Source: a virus (taxonomy: Duplodnaviria; Heunggongvirae; Uroviricota; Caudoviricetes). From it: a stretch of DNA of 20,305 nt. The DNA lies in the IMG/VR virus record IMGVR_UViG_2695420624_000005; one strand, written 5' to 3'. This document shows positions 9,520-16,997 of this stretch, one piece after another (the first letter of the stretch is position 1; each line of letters starts with the position of its first letter). A program made the position numbers and the translations under genes. The notes beneath the pieces are model-generated. The model made no database searches and was not told where the DNA came from. It was given only the letters and a program-made list of their open reading frames with translations.

Positions 9520-11046
9520 TTAGAAATAAATCTCACCATCAACCATATATTTGAGAGCACTTATCGCCTGCTGGGCGGATATTACTTTCATTAAAGGATA
9601 GTGTTTAAAAACAATGCCATTCATAAAATAGATATCACAGGTTTTATTATCCGTATTAATTATGATTTTTTCGAATGTTTTATAGGCAAGTGTACGGCAT
9701 AACTCTCGTCCATTTTTACTGGTTAAGTCAATAGCATAAAAATCACTGAATGAATTTACACCTTTACTCTTCAAAGTTTTCAATGATACCGAAGCCCTTC
9801 GTAATTCCTTATCTAATAGTCTTATTTTCTCTGCTATAGCGGTAACTTCAGGCGCGACAGACAATGCAACGATTAAATTATTAATTTTCATCTGAAGCTC
9901 AATAATTTTTAACTCTAAAGTTTAATTAGCATCTTTCTTGTTTTCAACTGGTTGAATTTTGCTACAATTAAAAAGCAATTCATTAATGATATTATAATCA
10001 ACCAAATCTCTTTTTATTGATGGCCTGTCACATCGATGTAATCTTCTCATCGGACAAACATAATAGCCATGCAAACTTCCAGATACCGCATGAACAATCA
10101 TGGTATTACCACAAGCCTCACACTTCATAACTGTTCGAAGTAGATTTATTAGCATAGGATTCTTGCTACTATTGCTAATACCAAAAGGTGCCAACCGAAT
10201 TTCCTGTACAGCGTAAAACAAATCATCTGATATAACTCTGGGATAATAGCCAGCGATTTCACTTATCCCTTTCCCTCTTGCACGATATGAAGGTACGCAT
10301 ATACCTATCAGAGCTTTATTCGCTAATAATTTTTCAATTACAGAAGGTCCCCATGCACTTTCTTTTCCTGAGAAATTCTTTACAGCATGATCATTTAAAT
10401 ACTTGGCTATTGCATTCAATGAGCGCCTTTCCATCCTGAGTTTAAAAATTAGCTCAATAGTTTTCACCCTGTCGGGGTCTGGAACAAAAGCCGTTCTTTT
10501 GTCATCTAAGGAGAGCCATCTCGGACAAGACGCCGTCATAATCGTACCTGATTCCATTGCATCCTGCCGTTTTTTCTTCCATGATAATTTAACCCGACTT
10601 GACTTTATCTCGCTTTCTTCATTTGCCCTTTGTGCTATAAGTATGGCTTTTATTAATGAATATGGCTCATTCAAAGAGTCAATATTATAGACTGTATTGT
10701 CGCAAAGAGTTATAACATCAATACCGTGATTCAAAATCAATTTCAGACGTTCAATCGCTTCACCGACTTTTTCTCTTGAAAGTCTGTCCAGACTTTCAAC
10801 TAACAATGTAGTTCCTGGCAATATATAACCATGCTCTATAGCATCTAAAAATTCCGAAAAAGCTCCTGATTGTGCATGCTTTCCTTTGAATGCACTTAAT
10901 CCTAAATCTTCATATGTTATGGTATCAAGATAATAATCACTATTTACCTTTAACCATTCAGCAATAAGTCTTCTCTGTCGGTTTAATGAGTCACCAGACA
11001 TCTGACCTGGTGATGAAAATCGCATATATGCTATGGCTTTTTTCAT
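9520..11046 (-). pseudogene. ybcK: Large serine recombinase (YbcK-like) split by a single in-frame TAA into 374-codon and 123-codon ORFs
   Basis: ORFs 9922..11046 (resolvase-type N-terminus MKKAIAYMRFSSPGQ…, recombinase domain, Cys-rich zinc-ribbon region) and 9520..9891 are in the same frame, separated by the TAA at 9922..9924 plus 10 sense codons. Read through, the total is 508 codons. Confidence 0.6.
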
Positions 11047-11300
11047 GGTGACACCTGCTAACGTATGCTTTTATAAACCTTAGTGGTGGGATATAATTTT
11101 TGTTTAATTTTTATTTAAAAAGACAATTAAGGTCACATTATCTTGAATATACAACAATAATCGTATTGCAATTTTCTTACGCCATAATCTTGAAAGCACA
11201 AAAGAATACATAAAAAATAAAGACATTAACAAAAAGCATAAAACGAGGCTCATATAAATATAAGAGCCTCCATATTTTAGTCGTTTAGAAACAAATTATT

Positions 11301-11636
11301 TTAATGTGGTGTGCTTCGTGACAATAAATTAATAACCAACACACCGGCACAAATCAACATCATACCTATAATGGCTGGCAGGTCCAGCCGTTGGCCGAAA
11401 AATCCCCATGACAGTAAACTAATCAGGACAATACCGACTCCTGACCAGATAGCATAAGCAATCCCTGTAGGAATATAAGCCAGCGTCTGAGCTAATAACC
11501 AGAATGATGCACAATAACAAATAATTGTACCAACAGATGGCCATAACCGTGTAAAACCTTCTGAAAACTTCATTAAGGTTGTACCAATGACCTCTGCAAG
11601 TATTGCACCACCAAGATAAATATAAGGGTTCATAGC
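11301..11636 (-). CDS. emrE: Small multidrug resistance (SMR) efflux transporter EmrE
   Basis: MNPYIYLGGAILAEVIGTTLMKFSEGFTRLWPSVGTIICYCASFWLLAQTLAYIPTGIAYAIWSGVGIVLISLLSWGFFGQRLDLPAIIGMMLICAGVLVINLLSRSTPH, 110 aa with four TMDs and the catalytic Glu14. The ORF track's 128 aa form uses an upstream ATG. Confidence 0.9.
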   Translation of the reverse strand, partial: AMNPYIYLGGAILAEVIGTTLMKFSEGFTRLWPSVGTIICYCASFWLLAQTLAYIPTGIAYAIWSGVGIVLISLLSWGFFGQRLDLPAIIGMMLICAGVLVINLLSRSTPH

Positions 11637-11700
11637 ATATTCTTTCCTGTTCAAACTGGAGAGAATTGTACTACAGTTTGAACTCAACTCACCTGTTTCA

Positions 11701-12003
11701 TCATTGTGTTCCCATTGATGTTCTTTTATATACCCTCAATACCCGTTTCATCGCGGCACTCTGGCGACACTCCTTAAAAATCAGATTCGTGCTCACCTTT
11801 CCTTCCCGTTCTTCTCTGGTAGCGAACCGGTAATACACCGTTCGCCAGACCTTACCATCAACGACCAGGATTCCTGCCCGCGCCATTTTAGCCGCAGCCT
11901 GATTTATGCTGGTTACGGTTGCGCCTGTTACCGCGGCAACGTCCTGTGCACAGAAGCTCTTATGCGTCCCCAGGTAATGAATAATTGCCTCTTTGCCCGT
12001 CAT
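11701..12003 (-). CDS. ren: Ren (Rex-exclusion) protein
   Basis: MTGKEAIIHYLGTHKSFCAQDVAAVTGATVTSINQAAAKMARAGILVVDGKVWRTVYYRFATREEREGK... resembles lambda Ren; start overlaps the P stop. Confidence 0.8.
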   Translation of the reverse strand: MTGKEAIIHYLGTHKSFCAQDVAAVTGATVTSINQAAAKMARAGILVVDGKVWRTVYYRFATREEREGKVSTNLIFKECRQSAAMKRVLRVYKRTSMGTQ

Positions 12004-12701
12004 ACACTTGCTCCTTTCAGTCCGAACTTAGCTTTAATTTCTGCGATCTTCGCCAGAGCCTGTGCACGATTTAGAGGTCTACCGCCCATAACAGGAAGTT
12101 GTTTTACTGGTTCAGGTATCGTCTCACCACGGTTAATTCGCGCTGTCATACAGGTCAGTTCATCGGCAGCCTTGCGCCGTAATTCCGCGTCAGTCAGCGC
12201 ATTGGCCCGCATGTTCTGGTACAAGTTGGTAACCAACCAGTAATGCGCGTTCGATTTCCACGGATAAGACTCTGCATCCGGATACAGGCCACGCTTCCGG
12301 CAATACTCGTAAACCATATCAACCAGCTCGCTGACGTTTGGCAGCCCGGCGTTAACAGATGCTTCTTCCCGGCACCAGGCGACAAACTGCCCGGGTGATG
12401 GCAGGAATGGTCGATTCTGCCGACGGGCTACGCGCATTCCAGCGTTAACCTGTTCCATTGTGGTGATCCCGTTTTCCCGGAAAGCCAGAACCCACTGGCG
12501 GCGGATTTCGTTCAGTTCATTCTGGTCACGGTTAGCCAGGCTCGCCGGGAAAGTTGCCAGTAACTGGCTTAACACACCGTTGATGATCTGCGCTACCTGC
12601 TGTACCTGTGGCTTTTCGTCGTACTGTTCCGGCATGTTGTTGGCGATCCGGCGCATCTGCTCACAGTCAAAGTTAACCATCTGTGCGGCGATGTTTTTCA
12701 T
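12000..12701 (-). CDS. P: Replication protein P (DnaB helicase loader)
   Basis: 233 aa MKNIAAQMVNFDCEQMRRIANNMPEQYDEKPQVQQVAQIINGV...KAKFGLKGASV, near-identical to lambda P as recalled; start overlaps the O stop. Confidence 0.9.
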   Translation of the reverse strand: MKNIAAQMVNFDCEQMRRIANNMPEQYDEKPQVQQVAQIINGVLSQLLATFPASLANRDQNELNEIRRQWVLAFRENGITTMEQVNAGMRVARRQNRPFLPSPGQFVAWCREEASVNAGLPNVSELVDMVYEYCRKRGLYPDAESYPWKSNAHYWLVTNLYQNMRANALTDAELRRKAADELTCMTARINRGETIPEPVKQLPVMGGRPLNRAQALAKIAEIKAKFGLKGASV

Positions 12702-13627
12702 AGCTCCACCCCGTAAATCCAGTCAGTGTTCGTCAGGTCGAGTTTTGGTTTGCCGGCTGTCACGCCAGCCTGTTGCTTGTTTCGGTTGATTTCGAGCTGG
12801 GTCCACTTGTCGCGGAGTTTGGCCGGACTTAGCACGTTACCGGACCAGAAGTTGTCCTGGCATGCCCAGCGGAACAGCACGCACATGTCGCGGTGGTTAC
12901 GTCCGTCACGTTCACGCATCAGGCGGATATCGTTAGCCCACCCTGCAAAATTCGGTTTTCTGGCTGATGGCGCGATGGTCTTCACCATGTCAAACATCCA
13001 CTCTGCGGCGGTCAGGTCTTCTGCTGTCCCCCACTTGCTGCCGCTCTGAATTGCAGCATCCGGTTTCACCACAGGAAGATCGTTTTCTGGTTGGTCAGAG
13101 GATTCGCCAGAATTCTCGGACGAAAAAGGTTTTATATTGTCTTTTGTTAGTTTGTCTTTTGTGTTTACCTGATTCGGGTAAACGCCTTTACCTGATTTGG
13201 GTAAACTTTTTTTACCTGATTCAGGTAAATTTACCTCTTTCAGGTAAACTTTATTTTTCTTACCTGATTCGGGTAATGTTGACCATTCACTGACCACATT
13301 ATTAATGCCGATATTCCGCCCGCTCTGAATAAGAATCCCACGCTTTACCAGAACGCTTTTTGCAGCAGAACACTTGTGCGGCAATATCCCGGTCAATTCG
13401 GAAAGTTGCTCGTTGCTCACCCAATCCAGTCTTTTATTAAAGCCATATGTTTTGCGCATGACAGCCAGGAAGACCAGAAGCTGGTGCTGTGTTAATCCGG
13501 CCAGCATCACAGCTTCCAGCAACTCATTTGCAATGCGCGTATAACCATCGTCGAGATCTGCCACGCGCCGCTCCTTTTGTGCCACATCCGGCACTGGAAA
13601 ATTGAATATCTCAGCAGTGTTTGCCAT
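12698..13627 (-). CDS. O: Replication initiator protein O (iteron-binding; N-terminal domain diverged from lambda O)
   Basis: Probable start is the ATG at 13627 with the strong SD GGGAGGA 5 nt upstream: MANTAEIFNFPVPDVAQKERRVADLDDGYTRIANELLEA... (compare lambda O MTNTAKILNF…ERNVADLDDGYARLSNMLLEA). The ori iterons lie inside the coding region. The ORF track extends to an upstream ATG at 13717. Confidence 0.85.
   Translation of the reverse strand: MANTAEIFNFPVPDVAQKERRVADLDDGYTRIANELLEAVMLAGLTQHQLLVFLAVMRKTYGFNKRLDWVSNEQLSELTGILPHKCSAAKSVLVKRGILIQSGRNIGINNVVSEWSTLPESGKKNKVYLKEVNLPESGKKSLPKSGKGVYPNQVNTKDKLTKDNIKPFSSENSGESSDQPENDLPVVKPDAAIQSGSKWGTAEDLTAAEWMFDMVKTIAPSARKPNFAGWANDIRLMRERDGRNHRDMCVLFRWACQDNFWSGNVLSPAKLRDKWTQLEINRNKQQAGVTAGKPKLDLTNTDWIYGVEL
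13165..13276. repeat. Replication origin iterons: five copies of a 17-bp palindrome (TTACCTGA-T-TCAGGTAA and variants) inside O, next to an AT-rich stretch (about 13125..13164)
   Basis: Copies at 13165..13181, 13188..13204, 13212..13228, 13231..13247 and 13260..13276; the third is a perfect palindrome. The AT-rich block TTTTATATTGTCTTTTGTTAGTTTGTCTTTTGTG lies on the downstream side relative to O transcription, the same layout as ori-lambda. Confidence 0.8.
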
Positions 13628-13713
13628 AATTCCTCCCGCAATGAGTGTGTTACGATTTGCACCTGAAAGTCGGTTCTGTTCGCGCAGACCGGCTTTCGCC
13701 ATTTCCGAACCTG

Positions 13714-14259
13714 TCATATTGCCCCCAGCATGGTGGTGACCATCGCCATCAGTGGACCAGCCAAATCCGGGTCCACACGAAACATCGACACAATGCCTTC
13801 ACTCATCTCCTTCAGTTTCTGGTGGCGTGGTGCGTTGAGAATGACAGCCTGTTTTGCCTCACTGAGTTCCTTTTCCATTTCAGCCAGCCGAGCCATGTAG
13901 CTATCCTGCTCAACCAGGTGGCCGCGATATTCCAGCGGTAGTACCGCCAGAATTGCCGGGGTCAGTTCACGCACGTTATTTCGGTATTTTTCAGAATCGA
14001 ATTTGTTATCGAGGAAGCGGAACAGCTTCTGGCGTGCACGGCTGACATCATCAGGGAAATCGATGGTGCCGCCGCCCTGCTCCCGATACTCATTCACAAT
14101 GAGTGCGGCAACAACATCCTGATTATCTGCAGCCGACCAGGCGCGAACGGCATCACGGATTTTTTCGTGGCCTGGCGCCTGTTTTGTTTGAGAACGATTT
14201 ATCACCGCAGTCGGGCTAAATCCGCTAGTCTGTTGGTATGTAAGTGGTTGCATAGTCAT
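13714..14259 (-). CDS. YdaT-like protein occupying the cII position (function unknown)
   Basis: 181 aa; contains …ALIVNEYREQGGGTIDFP…, reminiscent of the YdaT family found next to ydaS/cro-like genes in lambdoid prophages. No resemblance to lambda CII. Family call from memory. Confidence 0.4.
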   Translation of the reverse strand: MTMQPLTYQQTSGFSPTAVINRSQTKQAPGHEKIRDAVRAWSAADNQDVVAALIVNEYREQGGGTIDFPDDVSRARQKLFRFLDNKFDSEKYRNNVRELTPAILAVLPLEYRGHLVEQDSYMARLAEMEKELSEAKQAVILNAPRHQKLKEMSEGIVSMFRVDPDLAGPLMAMVTTMLGAI

Positions 14260-14283
14260 TGCCTTATCAGTTAACGCCGCAGT

Positions 14284-14517
14284 TTAGGCGGCAGAATTAC
14301 TCGCGTTAAACAATGGTGCGAGGTCGGGACGAATATCTGCTGGTTTAATCTTTCCACCAGTGGCTGAGACAATTTTCATTACATAGCGGGCATCAATTCC
14401 GCCACCGTGTAGCCAACGCCAAACTGTGGGTTGGGCTACACCGCATAGATCTGCCAGTCGTTTTTGACTACCTGTAATACTGATTGCGAGTTGAATGGTT
14501 TGATTTGTCATTATCAA
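14284..14517 (-). CDS. cro: Cro-like repressor (YdaS/Cro HTH family)
   Basis: 77 aa with HTH SQKRLADLCGVAQPTVWRWLHGG; divergent from cI across an operator-bearing intergenic region. Confidence 0.7.
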   Translation of the reverse strand: MIMTNQTIQLAISITGSQKRLADLCGVAQPTVWRWLHGGGIDARYVMKIVSATGGKIKPADIRPDLAPLFNASNSAA

Positions 14518-14621
14518 TTCCTATTGGTATTGCAATGAATGAATAATAGCAATGCGTATTAATCCAAGCAATAGCAAAACGTGTTTTGACCATCAATACG
14601 CAAGCGTATAAATTAAAACTT
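14518..14621. promoter_or_regulatory. Immunity-region control region: PR (for cro), PRM (for cI) and OR operators
   Basis: Minus strand PR: -35 TTGCTT (plus 14565..14570), 17-bp spacer, -10 TATTAT (plus 14542..14547). Plus strand PRM: -35 TTGACC (14586..14591), 17-bp spacer, -10 TAAATT (14609..14614), placing the start at or next to the cI ATG. Operator-like 16-mers AATAGCAATGCGTATT (14544..14559) and AATACGCAAGCGTATA (14595..14610); only a weak half-site lies between them. Confidence 0.55.
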
Positions 14622-15314
14622 ATGAAAAAAGAAACTCTTGCTGATCGCTTAAACCTAGCGATGGAACAATCTGGAATGTCTCAAGGCGCTCTTGCAAAGG
14701 CGTCTGGCGTAGCTCAACCCACAATCTGGAGACTGACAAGCGGCAACGCTCGCGGCTCAACAAAAATTGTTGAAATAGCTAATGCATTGGGTGTTCGAAC
14801 AGAATGGCTCTCATCAGGCATAGGCCCGATGAGAAATGACGGTCAACAATCAGGGAAGCCTGCTGTCAGCCATTCAAAATACTTCAAAATTGACGTTCTT
14901 GATATAGAAGTCAGTGCCGGGCCGGGAGTCATCAACCGTGAGTTTGTAGAAGTTCTACGCTCGGTTGAGTACTCGTTTGACGATGCTCGTCACATGTTCG
15001 ATGGTAGGAAGGCAGAAAATATCCGCATCATTAACGTACGCGGTGACAGCATGTCAGGAACGATCGAACCAGGTGATCTTCTGTTCGTTGATATCACGGT
15101 TAAATCTTTCGACGGTGATGGTATCTATGCGTTTCTGTATGACGACACAGCCCATGTAAAGCGCCTGCAAATGATGAAGGATAAGCTGCTAGTTATCTCT
15201 GATAACAAGAGCTACTCACCGTGGGACCCGATCGAGAAAGACGAGATGAACCGGGTATTCATCTTCGGGAAAGTCATCGGAAGCATGCCGCAGACGTATA
15301 GGAAGCATGGGTAG
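14622..15314 (+). CDS. cI: CI-type prophage repressor (N-terminal HTH plus LexA-like S24 autopeptidase domain)
   Basis: From the ATG at 14622: MKKETLADRLNLAMEQSGMSQGALAKASGVAQPTIWRLTSG… and C-terminal …RGDSMSGTIEPGDLLFVD…HVKRLQ (Ser/Lys dyad). The ORF track's TTG start at 14586 seems less likely. Confidence 0.85.
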   Translation: MKKETLADRLNLAMEQSGMSQGALAKASGVAQPTIWRLTSGNARGSTKIVEIANALGVRTEWLSSGIGPMRNDGQQSGKPAVSHSKYFKIDVLDIEVSAGPGVINREFVEVLRSVEYSFDDARHMFDGRKAENIRIINVRGDSMSGTIEPGDLLFVDITVKSFDGDGIYAFLYDDTAHVKRLQMMKDKLLVISDNKSYSPWDPIEKDEMNRVFIFGKVIGSMPQTYRKHG

Positions 15315-15425
15315 TGAAGGACGTGTCAACTCTATTTTGTAAGCTATCCAGACTCACAGTTGCAGATCGACGAGTAACTTACATACAGCACAAAAAAACA
15401 ATATGCACGTGCTTTTAGACTAGAC

Positions 15426-15440
15426 TTACCATAATGGTAA
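15426..15440. promoter_or_regulatory. 15-bp perfect palindrome TTACCAT-A-ATGGTAA overlapping the first ATG of the toxin gene (candidate antitoxin operator)
   Basis: Read directly from sequence; MqsA antitoxins are known to bind ACCT…AGGT-type palindromes in their own promoters, and this site has an ACCA…TGGT core. Confidence 0.4.
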
Positions 15441-15844
15441 CAAGTATGATTCTTAGCAGATATGTGGGAACTCCTCCCCGTGATGGCGAGGACAGAAAGA
15501 TTCAAGGTGGTCCGCTTTATTTAGATATCATTGATTTGATTGATGAATGTGACACACTGCCTTGGACTAGACGGTGTATCAGGGATGTTCAATCGCTTTC
15601 TTTAGATGCAGATGACATCAAATCTATGGTGATAAAAGCAGTCACTAAAGGGAGATTTCTAGGTTCAGAATGGTGTCAAGGCAGTAAACCAGGTGTATGG
15701 GCAGCTTGTGATGCTTATAGCTTTGAGCACTCATTTTGGTGCCAAGCTATGCATAAAGAACTTAATAACGAGTTCTACATTAAATTTTTTGTAAACATTA
15801 CTGGCAATGTAGTGCTTACAGTATCTCTTCATCTCTCTAATTGA
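15434..15844 (+). CDS. MqsR-family toxin (putative mRNA interferase) with an N-terminal extension; start codon uncertain (15434 or 15446)
   Basis: C-terminal region …LSLDADDIKSMVIKAVTKGRF…FYIKFFVNITGNVVLTVSLHLSN resembles MqsR (…LGLDFDGMCNVIIGLSESDF…VYLKITVIHDVLIVSFKEK, from memory). Toxin gene precedes the antitoxin gene as in mqsRA. Confidence 0.6.
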   Translation: MVTSMILSRYVGTPPRDGEDRKIQGGPLYLDIIDLIDECDTLPWTRRCIRDVQSLSLDADDIKSMVIKAVTKGRFLGSEWCQGSKPGVWAACDAYSFEHSFWCQAMHKELNNEFYIKFFVNITGNVVLTVSLHLSN

Positions 15845-15868
15845 GTGATGATAAATGAGGATTTTTAT

Positions 15869-16456
15869 ATGAGAAACAACAACATATGTCCAGTTTGTGG
15901 TGTAGGTCATCTCACCGTGGAGATGGAGTATGATGATGTTACTTATAAAGGGGAAACAAAAAATCTCCCAATAAGGTTTTCTGTGTGTGATCAATGTGGT
16001 TCGGAAACTGCCACACCAGTCGATTTACGAGAAAACAAACGAATTTTCAATGAATACAAAAAGTCTATCGATGGACTTTTAACAGGAAAAGAATTAAAAA
16101 AAATTAGAACTGAAGTATGGATGATAACCCAGCAAAAGGCATCCTCTATATTTGGTGGGGGGCCTAAGGCATTTTCCAAGTATGAATCTGATGATGTCAT
16201 TCAATCAGAAGCAATGGATAAACTGATGCGTTTAGCAGCAGAAGTTCCTGATGCATTCAAAAGGTTACGGGAATTATCTGGCGAAATCAAAGTTGAAAGA
16301 ACAGTCTCATCATCTAAATCTTTACCTATATGGAAACCTGAAGCAAAAGCACAATTTGAAAACGATGATCAGGGATTTGACAGCAAATCACCAGCCCAAA
16401 CAAAAATGAATCAAACATCAATAAAGATAAAAACTGTTGCTAAGCGGGTAGCATGA
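15869..16456 (+). CDS. MqsA-family antitoxin (zinc-ribbon plus XRE-HTH) with a C-terminal extension of roughly 65 aa
   Basis: Preferred start is the ATG at 15869 (GAGGA 8 nt upstream); the ORF track starts at the GTG at 15845. N-terminal CPVC…CDQC zinc ribbon; HTH …LTGKELKKIRTEVWMITQQKASSIFGGGPKAFSKYE… matches MqsA …LTQKEASEIFGGGVNAFSRYE…; low-complexity tail after about residue 135. Confidence 0.75.
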   Translation: MRNNNICPVCGVGHLTVEMEYDDVTYKGETKNLPIRFSVCDQCGSETATPVDLRENKRIFNEYKKSIDGLLTGKELKKIRTEVWMITQQKASSIFGGGPKAFSKYESDDVIQSEAMDKLMRLAAEVPDAFKRLRELSGEIKVERTVSSSKSLPIWKPEAKAQFENDDQGFDSKSPAQTKMNQTSIKIKTVAKRVA

Positions 16457-16956
16457 TGAATGAACTTCTTAGATCAGCAATAGACGCATTATCAATAATG
16501 CATATCAATATCAGAGAATCTAACTTTGCTTTTTCTGAAGGGTATAATAGCTTTAACTTCAACAGCATAAATAAGCAAACACAATCATTTCGTAAGATAA
16601 AAAAAATCGAAGCTATTGAATTAGTAAGTGACGATGACTCATTAAAAAATGAGCTATATTACTCTTTTCACTACTCAGTTGGGCTTAGATTTATTGCAAA
16701 ATCCGAAGAAACATCTAAAGACGAAAATGATGTTGATACAATTTTTTCTATAGAAGCAATTTTTGAGGCGATATATCGCTCAAAGAGAGAATTATCTAAA
16801 GAAGAGTTAGAAGAATTTGCTAAGCAAAATGTAGGTTTTAATGTATGGCCTTTTTGGCGAGAGTATGTTCAAAACAGCACATCCAGAATGGGAATTACTA
16901 CAATAGCTATACCATTCTTTAAATTCAATAAATCAGACATACCTTCATTAGATTAA
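16453..16956 (+). CDS. SecB-like chaperone (predicted third component of a toxin-antitoxin-chaperone module)
   Basis: 167 aa; start overlaps the antitoxin stop (ATGA). C-terminal half …DTIFSIEAIFEAI…FNVWPFWREYVQNSTSRMGITTIAIPFFKF resembles E. coli SecB …FLCEVQQGGIFSIAGIEG…[30 protein letters not shown] (from memory). Size matches SecB (about 155 aa). Confidence 0.55.
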   Translation: MMNELLRSAIDALSIMHINIRESNFAFSEGYNSFNFNSINKQTQSFRKIKKIEAIELVSDDDSLKNELYYSFHYSVGLRFIAKSEETSKDENDVDTIFSIEAIFEAIYRSKRELSKEELEEFAKQNVGFNVWPFWREYVQNSTSRMGITTIAIPFFKFNKSDIPSLD

Positions 16957-16970
16957 ATTCAAATATAACT

Positions 16971-16997
16971 CCCGGCTACCGTGCCGGGTTTTCTTTT
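16971..16997 (+). terminator. Intrinsic terminator ending the cI/TAC transcription unit
   Basis: CCCGGC-TACCGT-GCCGGG hairpin followed by TTTTCTTTT, 15 bp after the stop of the SecB-like gene. Confidence 0.7.

Noticed and set aside
13165-13276. Regularly spaced short palindromic repeats, superficially CRISPR-like
   Set aside because: Only five copies, located inside the O gene next to an AT-rich block; the arrangement is that of replication-origin iterons, and there are no cas genes or unique spacers.
12194-13293. Several 60 to 110 aa ORFs on both strands
   Set aside because: All overlap the P and O genes in alternative frames; the 12967..13293 ORF spans the ori iterons, which explains its repetitive translation.
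15731-16200. Minus-strand ORFs of 87 and 69 aa
   Set aside because: Antisense to the MqsR-like and MqsA-like genes in AT-rich DNA where spurious ORFs are common.
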